The translations under genes were made by a program, and so were the position numbers. From assembly GCA_013002425.1 (NCBI GenBank), contig JABDJQ010000273.1, positions 1-44,875 on the forward strand: a stretch of DNA of 44,875 nucleotides, in the 5' to 3' direction. The DNA is from Gemmatimonadota bacterium. GTDB lineage: Bacteria > Orphanbacterota > Orphanbacteria > Orphanbacterales > Orphanbacteraceae. The notes under the pieces are model-generated. The model was not told the origin of the DNA and made no database searches. It worked only from the letters and a program-made list of their open reading frames with translations. This document shows, piece after piece, positions 25,940 through 34,878 of this stretch. Every line of letters begins with the position of its first letter. Position 1 is the stretch's first letter.

Positions 25940-27559
25940 TTAAGGGCGGATCCCCCTGCGCCGGTACGTTCGCAGGATCCATGCGCGCCGGAGCCGGCGC
26001 ACGAGTCGCGCGTGCGGAGGGTCGTGCCCGCCCGGTCCCGGCCCGAGCCAGGGACGAAGCGCGGCTGCGTGCTTCGTGTAGATGTAGCGGTCTCGTTCGG
26101 ACGAGGGATCGTCATGCATCGCGCCGCGCAGCATGGAACCCGGTCGTACACGATATTCGAAGAGCACGTCGGGCAGATGGTGAAACTTCCAGCCCTTGAT
26201 CATTGCGTGGATCCAGAATTCCCAGTCCTCGAGAGCGTCCAGATTCGTGTCGTAGCCGTTGCAGTCGTTCCAGACTTCCCGTCTGAACAGCGCGCACGCG
26301 TCGACGCGATTGCAGTAGCACATGTGGGGAAAGCGGGGTGAGGGCGGAAAGACGAGGTGGTTGCGTCCCCCGAACACGCGCCGGCTGGAGTACACGACGC
26401 CGGTTGCGGGCGTTCGGTCCAGCACGGCCGTCCCCTGCTGCACGTACCCGGGGAGCAGCCGGTTGTCGGCGTCGAGCGGAAGGATGTATCGGCCGGCGGC
26501 GGCTTCGATGCCGACGTTCCGCGCGCCGGCGACGCCCCCGTTCTCCTTGTCGATGACGTGGTAGCCCAGGCTCTTCAGCGCTGCCATCACGGCGAGCGTG
26601 CGCGGCTCGGTCGACCCGTCGTTCACGATGATGAGCTCGGTGGTTTCCGCCGGGACGCTTCGCTCCACGCTGGCGACGGCCTCGAGCAGAAGCTCGCCGT
26701 GATTGAAGCAGGGAATGATGACCGACGTACTCACGCTGCCCGTGCGTTCTGGGCGCCGCAGCAACTGCAAAGCCGGGGGTTCCCCCGCGTTCCAGAACGG
26801 CGCCGACGAGAGATCGGCGCGGTCGTCGAGCTCTTTCAGCAGTTGAATCGATGCGGGTGAGGCGGCGGCGAGCAGCGTGACCAGCGGGTCGATCCTCGCG
26901 TCGGTCGAGACGAAACGTTCGCGGTCGTAAATGCGGGCGAACGCGCGCTGCCTGATATCGACGTCGAAGCGTTCGTGCATGAGTTCACGAAACCCATCGG
27001 AGCGATGCATCATGGCGTTTGCACTGACGAGAAGGCAGCGATCCGGGTTCGCCCTCGCGAAAGCGACAATGCGTTCATTATAGAAGCGCCAGATCCTGTG
27101 CGCGTACCCCGCGTTCCGGAGAAAGACAGAGGAGCCGAGCCGCTGCATCGAATCGGCGACTTCCCACGGGAATCTGTATACGAGCAGAAAGCGGGAGCCG
27201 GGGATGATCTCTTTCCAGAAATCGAGAAACAGCGTAGTGCGCGGATCCTTCCATCCCCAGTGGCCGCCCGGCGTGCGCGTATGAGCTCGGGCGAACGCCT
27301 GATTCTTGAACGGATCGGCGCGCGTCACGTCGAACGCTTCGTCTTCCGTCCAGCCCCAGTCGAGCCAGCCGGGCTTGTCCGCGGGCACGCAGTTCTTCAG
27401 GAGCATGCGATGGAACTCGACGAAGCCGACGTCTTCCTGGTGATCGCCCTGGCGGCTGCTCGGGCCCATGGCAACGCCACCGCTTCGCAGCAGTTTCGCC
27501 ACGAGTGTGGTTCCGGACCGGTGCATGCCGGCTACGATGATCGGAGGCGACTGCGCCAT
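25940..27559 (-). CDS. bifunctional sulfotransferase (N-terminal) / family-2 glycosyltransferase (C-terminal) fusion
   Basis: N-terminal PIIVAGMHRSGTTLVAKLL is a PAPS 5'-PSB loop. C-terminal VSVIIPCFNHGELLLEAVASV...ELIIVNDGSTEPRT...GARNVGIEAA.GRYILPLDADNRL is GT2 with DxD. Start ATG 27559 (MAQSPP) lies 13 nt after the upstream stop. The track start 27628 would overlap by 56 nt. Confidence 0.85.
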   Translation of the reverse strand: MAQSPPIIVAGMHRSGTTLVAKLLRSGGVAMGPSSRQGDHQEDVGFVEFHRMLLKNCVPADKPGWLDWGWTEDEAFDVTRADPFKNQAFARAHTRTPGGHWGWKDPRTTLFLDFWKEIIPGSRFLLVYRFPWEVADSMQRLGSSVFLRNAGYAHRIWRFYNERIVAFARANPDRCLLVSANAMMHRSDGFRELMHERFDVDIRQRAFARIYDRERFVSTDARIDPLVTLLAAASPASIQLLKELDDRADLSSAPFWNAGEPPALQLLRRPERTGSVSTSVIIPCFNHGELLLEAVASVERSVPAETTELIIVNDGSTEPRTLAVMAALKSLGYHVIDKENGGVAGARNVGIEAAAGRYILPLDADNRLLPGYVQQGTAVLDRTPATGVVYSSRRVFGGRNHLVFPPSPRFPHMCYCNRVDACALFRREVWNDCNGYDTNLDALEDWEFWIHAMIKGWKFHHLPDVLFEYRVRPGSMLRGAMHDDPSSERDRYIYTKHAAALRPWLGPGPGGHDPPHARLVRRLRRAWILRTYRRRGIRP

Positions 27560-27572
27560 CGGAGAGAGCCTT

Positions 27573-29072
27573 TCAGTTCGGGGCGGGGCGCCGGATGCGT
27601 CCGGCCAGGCCGAAGAAGAACTTCGCACGTTCGCGCCCGCCCGGCAACCCGATCCAGATCAGAAGATACACGAACAGAAAGAGAGCCGCGTGAACCGCGA
27701 CGGCGAGAATCGTGTTGTCGATCGTGCGCATTGCGAGAAAGACGCGCACGGCTGCCGCCGCGGCAATCGAGCCGGTGACGGGCGCGAAGAACGATTTCAC
27801 GAGATCCATCGTACGGATCGGAGAGCCGTGAAAGCAGTAGAGCGCGCCCGGTACGGCGAGCAGAATCGCAACGGAAGACCATGCGGCCGCGATACCGTTC
27901 ACGCCCCATCTCATCCCGACCACGAAAGCCGTGATCGTGACGATCATCTCGAAAACCGACCACCGGAACTGCCGGTCGGCGCGCCCGAGAGAAATGTAGC
28001 ACCACTGGAAACCGGCGTGCACGACCGCGGCGAACGCGACCGGCGCCAGCAGCCGGAAGATCGGAATCGCGGGAAGCCACTGGTCGCCCAGAATCAGCAG
28101 CACGACCGAGCGCGTATCGGCGAACAGAAACGCGGCCAGCGGGAGCGCAATGGAAGCGAGGATCTCCTGGCCCTTGCCGAACCAGGCGCGAAACCGCTCC
28201 GGTTCGGATCGCAGCCTGCTCAACACCGGAACGGCCACTCGCGATACGGGGCCGGAAATCAGGTGCGCCGGCGCGTAGAGCCAGCCTCGCGCGCGGCCGT
28301 AAAAGCCGAGGATCTCGGCGCCGAAAGCGCGCCCCACGAGAAGCCTGTCGACGTGACGCGCCGTGTAGCGCACGAACTGCGAGAGCGTGAGATAGCCGCC
28401 GAACGCGAGCAGCGACCGGACGCGGCCGAAATGAATCGTGCGATCCGGTCTCCAGTCGCACAGGATCCAGAGAAGGCTGATGCGTGTCAGTTCGGTCCCG
28501 AAGCGCATGGCGACGAGGGCCCAGTAGCCGTGACCGCGCAGCGCGAGGACGATCCCCGTCACGACCCCGACCGCGAGCGACCCGACTTCCGCGAACGAAA
28601 GGGCGCCGAATCGCATGCGCCTGCGAAGCAACCCTTCGTGCTGCGTGCCGAACGATTCGACGAGGCCGAGAACGCCGAGCGCGATTCCGATCGCGACGAG
28701 CCGGGGCTCTCGAAAGAACGCCGCGATCGCGGGCGAAACGAGGATGACCGCGACTGCGAGAAGCGCGCCCGTAATGACGTTGACCCAGAAGAGCGTGCTG
28801 ACCTGTCCCTGATCGATCTCTTCGCTCTGTACCGTTGCGGTCGCGAGGCCGAGGTCGCGCAGGATTCCCAGGAATCCGGTGGTCGCGGTCACCATGGCCA
28901 CCATGCCGAAGTCGTGCGGCGCGAGAATGCGCGCGAGCACGATCGTCGAAACCACGGTCAGCAGAACGCGCGTGCCCTGGGCGCCGAGCGCCACCGTGCC
29001 GCCGCGCACGGAGCGGCCGATCAGGTCGTCCTGCAGATCCAGCGTCCGAAAATGGCGATCGCGATCTTTCAA
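27573..29072 (-). CDS. Wzx-like polysaccharide/oligosaccharide flippase (MOP superfamily)
   Basis: About 12 predicted hydrophobic helices. N-terminal motif: RSVRGGTVALGAQGTRVLLTVVSTIVLARILAPHDFGMVAMV...LGLATATVQ. TTG start overlaps the upstream stop (TTGA). Confidence 0.82.
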   Translation of the reverse strand: MKDRDRHFRTLDLQDDLIGRSVRGGTVALGAQGTRVLLTVVSTIVLARILAPHDFGMVAMVTATTGFLGILRDLGLATATVQSEEIDQGQVSTLFWVNVITGALLAVAVILVSPAIAAFFREPRLVAIGIALGVLGLVESFGTQHEGLLRRRMRFGALSFAEVGSLAVGVVTGIVLALRGHGYWALVAMRFGTELTRISLLWILCDWRPDRTIHFGRVRSLLAFGGYLTLSQFVRYTARHVDRLLVGRAFGAEILGFYGRARGWLYAPAHLISGPVSRVAVPVLSRLRSEPERFRAWFGKGQEILASIALPLAAFLFADTRSVVLLILGDQWLPAIPIFRLLAPVAFAAVVHAGFQWCYISLGRADRQFRWSVFEMIVTITAFVVGMRWGVNGIAAAWSSVAILLAVPGALYCFHGSPIRTMDLVKSFFAPVTGSIAAAAAVRVFLAMRTIDNTILAVAVHAALFLFVYLLIWIGLPGGRERAKFFFGLAGRIRRPAPN

Positions 29073-30109
29073 TCCGGCCGCCCCGGCCGCTCGAGGGCTC
29101 GCACGCGATCGCAGAGCGCGGGGTAACGGTCGCCGAGCGCTGCCCGCATCAGCGAAAACCGGGTGTCGACTTCCGCCGAGCCCGTAGGCACCGCCTCCTC
29201 GGCGCGCTTACCCCTGCGAAGCGACTGCATCCACGCGGAAACCTGCATGACGACCCGTTTCTTGCGCGCGTAGACGCCTGCCTGGCGCCTTCCTTCGACC
29301 GTGAGCCGCCGCTTCACGTTCGTCACGAGATTGATCGCGGCCGAGCGCTCTCCACGCATGAGGAGAGCCGCCGTTCGTTTCCATTTCCGTGTCGATCCCC
29401 GCGGTGTGATATCGGCGGTATGACTGAGCCCGCCGAGATGATGCAGTTGAGCGCAGTCGCGGTTCACGATTGCGTTCCCCTGTCGCACGAGCTCGAGATG
29501 CGCGACGCGCGCCGTGCCGTATCGCGTGAAACGCCAGCCGCGTGCGGCGAATGCGTCGCGCGCTCCCCCGTCGAGCGAACGTGACATGCGATTCCGAAAG
29601 CCCGCGCCGATCGTTTTCAGTGCGGCCTGAAGCGCGCCGCGATCATAGATCGCGCAGCCCGTGCCTCCGACAGCCGTTCCATCCGCAAGAGTTCGATACG
29701 GGCCGCCGAGGAACGGTTGCGACGCGCCGCAGATCGCTTCGCGGTCTTCGATCCAGACCGGCCAGCCGGTGCAGACCGCGCCGCAGGCCGGGGGGCGGTC
29801 TTCGAGTTCTGTCAGAAAATCGCCTGAGGCCAGGATGTCCGAGTCGATGATCGCGAACGTGGACTCGTCGGAGCGCTCGAAGAGGTGATCGAGCGCGATC
29901 CCGTGTCGAACGACGCGATCGAACGGAAGGCGGTAGTACGAGAAGCGCTCCTCCGCATTCGCGGTGAGTCGCATGCGATCGGATTCCTCGGGCGAGCATC
30001 CGTTGTCGACCAGAAGAAAGCGCGCGGAGGGCGACTGCAGCAGCGAAAACGCGAACGGGAGCAGGAGTTCGGTCGTGCCTGCCGTATAGACGACGTGAAA
30101 TGTCGTCAT
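29069..30109 (-). CDS. uncharacterised GT-A-fold-like (putative glycosyl)transferase, paralogue 2
   Basis: Shares with 30106-31182 the blocks LVDNGC, HG(I/L)AL(D/N)HLFER, DSD(I/V)(L/I)ASGDF, RGWRF and LHH(L/V)GG(L/F)S. The DSD acidic motif is in a Rossmann-like context. The family was not identified. Confidence 0.6.
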   Translation of the reverse strand: MTTFHVVYTAGTTELLLPFAFSLLQSPSARFLLVDNGCSPEESDRMRLTANAEERFSYYRLPFDRVVRHGIALDHLFERSDESTFAIIDSDILASGDFLTELEDRPPACGAVCTGWPVWIEDREAICGASQPFLGGPYRTLADGTAVGGTGCAIYDRGALQAALKTIGAGFRNRMSRSLDGGARDAFAARGWRFTRYGTARVAHLELVRQGNAIVNRDCAQLHHLGGLSHTADITPRGSTRKWKRTAALLMRGERSAAINLVTNVKRRLTVEGRRQAGVYARKKRVVMQVSAWMQSLRRGKRAEEAVPTGSAEVDTRFSLMRAALGDRYPALCDRVRALERPGRPD

Positions 30110-31182
30110 TGCGTCTGCTGGTCGCCGGGCGCGCTGCCGGCTTCGCCCGCGGTTACGGGGGAACGGGACCGATCGGGCCGGCAGTGCACCGCAAGGGCCG
30201 CCGTGAGCGCGGCGACCTGCTCGTCGACGGCACGCGACGCGAAGTCCGGAACGGGCGGAATGTCACGGTTGCTGCGTATCGCGTCGGCCGCGTCGCGCAC
30301 GTGTTCGATGACGCGCGCCCTGCGCACGTTCATCTGTCGATGCGCCGGATCGCGCCGGCTGCGCGCGATGAACAGATGGTGCCGCGACGCGTCGATCAGA
30401 CGCTGCACGCGACTTCCTTCGTTCGAACGCATGATGGCGAGCGCCCCGCCCGCAAGCGCGGCGGCTCTGTGACGCTTCCGCGCGAAGTGCTGCGCGCTGA
30501 ATCCGCCCACATGATGCAGGTCGGGGAGTACGCGATGAGCCAGGTCGTGTCCTGCGAGAAGGAGAAGCAGATTGAGAACGCGCGTCGTATCGAAGAGAAC
30601 GAACCGCCAGCCGCGGCCGGCGAACGCGTCGCGCCTCTCGCGCGGTAGTTCGTACGAATCGACGACGCCGAAGCCGCGGGGCGCGGCATCCCAGACCGAT
30701 TCGAGCGCGGCGCGGGGGTAGATCGCGAAGTAGGAATTGCCGGCGCTCGTTCCGTCTTCGAACTCCCGATGGCGCGCGCCGATCCAGGTACTCTCCTTCG
30801 AGATCACCACGTCGTTCTCGGTGGCCCACACCGGCGAACCGCTGAAAACCGACGTCCCGGCGCGCAGCAGAGGATGGAGATCGGCCATGAAGTCGCCGCT
30901 CGCGATCACGTCCGAGTCGGCCATCGCGAAGTGCTCCTCGCGAAAGCGCTCGAACAGGTGGTTCAGCGCGAGGCCGTGTTCGACAGGGGACTCCGCCGCC
31001 AGCGAGTAATACGAAATGCGATCGGATCGCTCCGCCGCTTCCCGGAGCAGGGGGGATTCGTCCGCGCCGCATCCGTTGTCGACCAGGCGGATCGTGACGC
31101 CCGACCCCTTCAGCAGCGATGTCGCAAACGGAATCAGCCGCGCGGGCGTGCGCGGAGTGAAAATGACGTTCAAGGTGATCAT
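30106..31182 (-). CDS. uncharacterised GT-A-fold-like (putative glycosyl)transferase, paralogue 1
   Basis: Tandem paralogue of 29069-30109 (same motif blocks). ATGA overlap with the downstream gene. Confidence 0.6.
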   Translation of the reverse strand: MITLNVIFTPRTPARLIPFATSLLKGSGVTIRLVDNGCGADESPLLREAAERSDRISYYSLAAESPVEHGLALNHLFERFREEHFAMADSDVIASGDFMADLHPLLRAGTSVFSGSPVWATENDVVISKESTWIGARHREFEDGTSAGNSYFAIYPRAALESVWDAAPRGFGVVDSYELPRERRDAFAGRGWRFVLFDTTRVLNLLLLLAGHDLAHRVLPDLHHVGGFSAQHFARKRHRAAALAGGALAIMRSNEGSRVQRLIDASRHHLFIARSRRDPAHRQMNVRRARVIEHVRDAADAIRSNRDIPPVPDFASRAVDEQVAALTAALAVHCRPDRSRSPVTAGEAGSAPGDQQTQ

Positions 31183-31242
31183 GGAAGCTTCAAGATACCA
31201 TGGAAAGTTCGCAATGCCTGACGAGTTTGCTACAGTGGCGCC

Positions 31243-32157
31243 ATGGCACTCCCCGACTTCATCGTAATCGGCGCGGGACGCAGCGGCACCACTTCACTTC
31301 ATCATTGTCTGAAGCAGCATCCGGATATCTTCATGTGCCCGCACAAGTCGCCCAACTACTTCGTGTCTCACGAGAAACAGCCGGCGCGGGAAAACGCCAG
31401 GGTGCGTGCGATGGCGCGACAGTGGGTGTCGGACCGGGGCGAGTACGAGAATCTGTTCGACGGCGCCCGCGGCGAGAAAGTGCGTGGCGAAGTCTCTCCG
31501 GTCTACCTGCAGGCGGAAAGCGCGCCGGCCGCGATTCACGAGGCGTGCCCCGAAGCGAAACTGATCGCGGTCCTTCGCAATCCGATCGATCGTGCGTACG
31601 CGCATTTTCTCGGACGCCGGCGCGACGGGCTCGAGCCGCGCGCGGACTTTCGCGCGGTCGTCGCCACCGAACTGTCCGCGCCGCTTCCGGACGATGTCGC
31701 GTTCGGCAGTTATCTCGGATGCGGGCGTTATCACCACTTCCTGCGCGGCTACTACGAACGCTTTCCGCACGAACGGATACGCGTTTTCCTCTTCGACGAT
31801 CTTCGGCGCGACCTTCCGGGGCTCATGAGGGAGATCTACGCGTTCCTGGACGTTGACGCGGGCTTCTCGCCGGATACGACGTACCGGCACAACCGCACCG
31901 GCGTGATCGAGAACCCGGTCGCGCGTTTCGTGTGGACGCGAACGGCGCCGATTCGCACGCTGCTCCGACCCCTGTGGCCGGAGTTCGTGCGTGACGGCGT
32001 GCATCCGCTCAAGGCCGTTTCGCTCGTAAAGCCGGAGCTCGACCCCGCGATTCGCGCGGACCTTATCGACGTGTTTCGGGAGGACGTGATTCGTCTACAG
32101 AATCTGATCGGGCGGGACCTGGCGCACTGGCTGCAGGACACTCCGGTCGCGCGTTGA
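31243..32157 (+). CDS. sulfotransferase family protein
   Basis: PDFIVIGAGRSGTTSLHHCL (5'-PSB), IAVLRNPIDRAYAHF (3'-PB). Paralogous to 33745-34641. Divergent from 30106-31182 across a 60-bp spacer. Confidence 0.88.
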   Translation: MALPDFIVIGAGRSGTTSLHHCLKQHPDIFMCPHKSPNYFVSHEKQPARENARVRAMARQWVSDRGEYENLFDGARGEKVRGEVSPVYLQAESAPAAIHEACPEAKLIAVLRNPIDRAYAHFLGRRRDGLEPRADFRAVVATELSAPLPDDVAFGSYLGCGRYHHFLRGYYERFPHERIRVFLFDDLRRDLPGLMREIYAFLDVDAGFSPDTTYRHNRTGVIENPVARFVWTRTAPIRTLLRPLWPEFVRDGVHPLKAVSLVKPELDPAIRADLIDVFREDVIRLQNLIGRDLAHWLQDTPVAR

Positions 32158-33748
32158 TCGCGTCGGCTTCGTAAAGAGGCGTTTGCAGGCCCGGGACTTT
32201 GCGGAGCGCGAGAGAAAAGTCGGCGCCCGGTCTCCAGTGGCTCCAGTGCCGGAAGTCGCGCTCCACGCGATCGGCTCCGAACGCGTCCCAGTCGTAATCC
32301 GCCAGCTCTTCCATGAATGTCTTTGCGATCGCGTATGTGAGGGCTACGCCGTTGCACCCGTGATGCGGGCACCCGAACGGAGAGTACGCCTGCTTCGGGA
32401 AGTCTTCTTTCAGATGGCGATCGGGATCGAACGACTCGGGACGGTCGAACAGCGCGGGATCGCGGTGGCTCTCCCAGACGCACTGTCTGATCAGCCATCC
32501 TTTCGGGTAACGAACGCCTTCGAACTCGAAATCGGTGTGCACGGCGCGGTAGAGATATTCGCTCTGCGCGAGTCGAAGGGTCTCCAGGATGACGCGGTTG
32601 GCAATGTCCTGCCGGCGCGAGTCACCCGCCCCGGACCCGCGATCTTCACGAATACGCGCGACCCATTCCTTGTTTTCTCCGAGCATCTGCAGAATCCAGT
32701 GCAGAAGCGAGGAGACGTTCGCCGTGGAGATTTTGAGAATGAACAGCATGTTGTCGATACAGACGTCGTCCGGCATGGAAGAATCGATACGGTGAAGCTC
32801 GGCGAGCGCGTTCGGCGGTTCGTCGGCCGCGGCATCGGATTGCAGCGCGGCGGCGGATTGCAGCGCCCCGGCTTTCGATCGCATGAGACCGCGAAGTTTC
32901 CCGAGCGCCGCCCTGGTCCTGTCGTCCAGCCGCTGGTTCAGGTCCTGCGCGCCGAACTCTCTCGTGAGCGTCGCCAGTTCATCCGCGGCGGCCGTGCCGG
33001 GAACGATTCCGAACAGGGACGCGGCAAGCGCGTCGTGGACGATCGCGTGCACGAAAGGTCCCGGCCGCGGCCCGCGCCCTTCGTTCTCGCCCGCCCGCGC
33101 GGCCATGCACGCAAGCTGCCCGCGCGCGGAGGATCGTGTGATTTTGGTTGCCGTGGATGTCGTGGTCCCGGAGAAGGCCTTGCGAAAGAGCGGGCCGTAT
33201 TTTTCGTATGTCGCATCGTCCATGTAGCGAAGAAAGCCGCCCGCGACTTCGTCGGAAAACGGGAGAGGGCAGGGGCCGATCCGGTCGGCGCGCTCGCGAA
33301 AAAGCCGGTGCCCTCGTTCGATTCCGAGAACGCAGACAACCTTGTGATGAAACTGCGCCATCTTGAAGATCGGTCCGTGGCGCGCGAACTTCTTCGAGTA
33401 GAAGCGCCGGTCGGCCAGCGCTTCGATCGACTCGGCGACCGAAACATTGCCGGGCGGAAGGGGCGCCGTGACCTTCGATCGCGGGCGGTTTCCGATCATG
33501 AGCGCGATGACGAGGATCGCGACAGCCGCGGTCAGGATGTGAAAGCCGGGCGGGAAGTACAGCGCGAGCAGAACCGCTGTCACGGCGAGGGCGATTCCGG
33601 CGGCAAGCAGCGCAAAGCAGGCGCGCGGGAACATCCGCCGGAACGAGCGTGCGCCGAGCAGCTTCGCCCATGGCAGGAAAGCCCAGCCGAGCAGGCACCC
33701 CTCCAGTATGCGGATCGTGATTCCCAGCGTACCGCCCTCCGGACTCAT
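32063..33748 (-). CDS. membrane-anchored cytochrome P450
   Basis: Heme loop FGCPHHGCNG (F-G-x-x-x-H-x-C-x-G), ExxR (ETLRL), PESFDPDRH. The N-terminus has about 3 hydrophobic helices. ATG 33748 overlaps the upstream stop (ATGA). The 3' end overlaps the convergent sulfotransferase gene by 95 nt. Confidence 0.85.
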   Translation of the reverse strand: MSPEGGTLGITIRILEGCLLGWAFLPWAKLLGARSFRRMFPRACFALLAAGIALAVTAVLLALYFPPGFHILTAAVAILVIALMIGNRPRSKVTAPLPPGNVSVAESIEALADRRFYSKKFARHGPIFKMAQFHHKVVCVLGIERGHRLFRERADRIGPCPLPFSDEVAGGFLRYMDDATYEKYGPLFRKAFSGTTTSTATKITRSSARGQLACMAARAGENEGRGPRPGPFVHAIVHDALAASLFGIVPGTAAADELATLTREFGAQDLNQRLDDRTRAALGKLRGLMRSKAGALQSAAALQSDAAADEPPNALAELHRIDSSMPDDVCIDNMLFILKISTANVSSLLHWILQMLGENKEWVARIREDRGSGAGDSRRQDIANRVILETLRLAQSEYLYRAVHTDFEFEGVRYPKGWLIRQCVWESHRDPALFDRPESFDPDRHLKEDFPKQAYSPFGCPHHGCNGVALTYAIAKTFMEELADYDWDAFGADRVERDFRHWSHWRPGADFSLALRKVPGLQTPLYEADAINARPECPAASAPGPARSDSVDESRPPETRR

Positions 33749-34641
33749 GCGAACCAGTGTGAAAGATCGCGGTTCAGCATCCCCTGCAGTTTCTCGATCT
33801 CCGCGCGATAGAGCGAAGCCAGTTCCGCGCGAAGCTCCGCGTCGAGCGGGCGCTCGTCGAGATCGCGCTTCACGGCCGAAGAAACGGGGCCGCGGATCCA
33901 GCCGGGCACGTACGGCTGTGCGCGGGCGCGGAGAAGCGCCGATCGCGTCCATACTTTGCGAAGCAGGGGATTACGAATCACCCCGCCGCTCGCGTTATGG
34001 CGTTCTTTCGTGTCGATCGGGAACGACGCGTCCACGCCGAGGAACGCGAACGTCTCCGCCATCATCCGCGCCGGATCATCCCGCAGGTCTTCGAACAGAT
34101 GAATCTTTATCCTATCACGATTGAATCTCTCGAAGTACGACCCGAGAACATGACTGCAGAACCCGGCGGCGAGGTAGGTTCCGGAGGCATCGTCGCGGAC
34201 CAGGGGCTCCGCTCGTTCTTCGCGCACGATCGCGGCGAAATCGCCTCTCTCTTCGAGGCCGTCTCTGAGACGCGCCACGTATCGCGCGTACACGCGGTCG
34301 ACCGGATTCCGCAGAATCGCGATCAGGCGAGCTTCCGGAATGCGGTCCGCGATCCGCGCCGGAACCGCGGTCGAAGCGAGATAGGCGGGCGAGACTTCGC
34401 CGATCGCGCTCTCGTCGCGCACGCCGTCGAAAAGGGCTTCATACGCGGCCGCGTCGCGCACGAAGAAGTTGCGCGTCACGATCCTCACTCGCGGGTCGTT
34501 CGAAGGGCCCAGATCACGGCAATAGAAGTAGCTCGGTGACTTGACCCGGGGTAGGTACACGCCAGGGTGCTTCCCGAGGTAATGATGCAGCGAGGTGGTG
34601 CCGGATCGTCCGGCGCCGATTACGAGGAAATTCGGTAGCAC
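33745..34641 (-). CDS. sulfotransferase family protein
   Basis: LPNFLVIGAGRSGTTSLHHYL, IAILRNPVDRVYARY. GTG 34641 lies 8 nt after AAGGA and matches the paralogue's N-terminus (MALPDF / VLPNF). The ORF is open to GTG 34707 (alternative start, no SD). Confidence 0.85.
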   Translation of the reverse strand: MLPNFLVIGAGRSGTTSLHHYLGKHPGVYLPRVKSPSYFYCRDLGPSNDPRVRIVTRNFFVRDAAAYEALFDGVRDESAIGEVSPAYLASTAVPARIADRIPEARLIAILRNPVDRVYARYVARLRDGLEERGDFAAIVREERAEPLVRDDASGTYLAAGFCSHVLGSYFERFNRDRIKIHLFEDLRDDPARMMAETFAFLGVDASFPIDTKERHNASGGVIRNPLLRKVWTRSALLRARAQPYVPGWIRGPVSSAVKRDLDERPLDAELRAELASLYRAEIEKLQGMLNRDLSHWFA

Positions 34642-34869
34642 TGCCTGCGTCCTTGCGTGCGGCCGCTTCTTTCGCGGCCCCTTGAGTCTGCGATGCACAA
34701 CTGCCACGAGTATTGCAGATCCGGGCGGTTCGTGACCAACCGAGCCGGAAGATCGACAATCCGCCCCGCAGCGCGTGGTATCCGATCGATCGTATCGGAA
34801 TGACGCCGTTTCCGGTTGGAATATATACGGTAACTAATTGATATACATGGAGTTATAAGGGCGACCGTT

Positions 34870-34878
34870 TGGTATAAT
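34870..34878 (+). promoter_or_regulatory. extended -10 promoter element TGGTATAAT
   Basis: Perfect TGnTATAAT in the AT-richest patch of the window. It would start transcription near 34885, about 250 nt upstream of the rimJ-like start. No good -35. Confidence 0.4.

Noticed and set aside
24342-25982. 546-aa minus-strand ORF overlapping the MscS gene
   Set aside because: It is a different frame of the same strand as the clearly MscS-like 24602-25867 ORF. The product is Arg-rich junk.
27468-29126. 552-aa plus-strand ORF
   Set aside because: Antisense to the Wzx-like flippase, which has ~12 hydrophobic helices. The plus-strand product is highly charged (Arg/Glu/Asp) and has no motifs.
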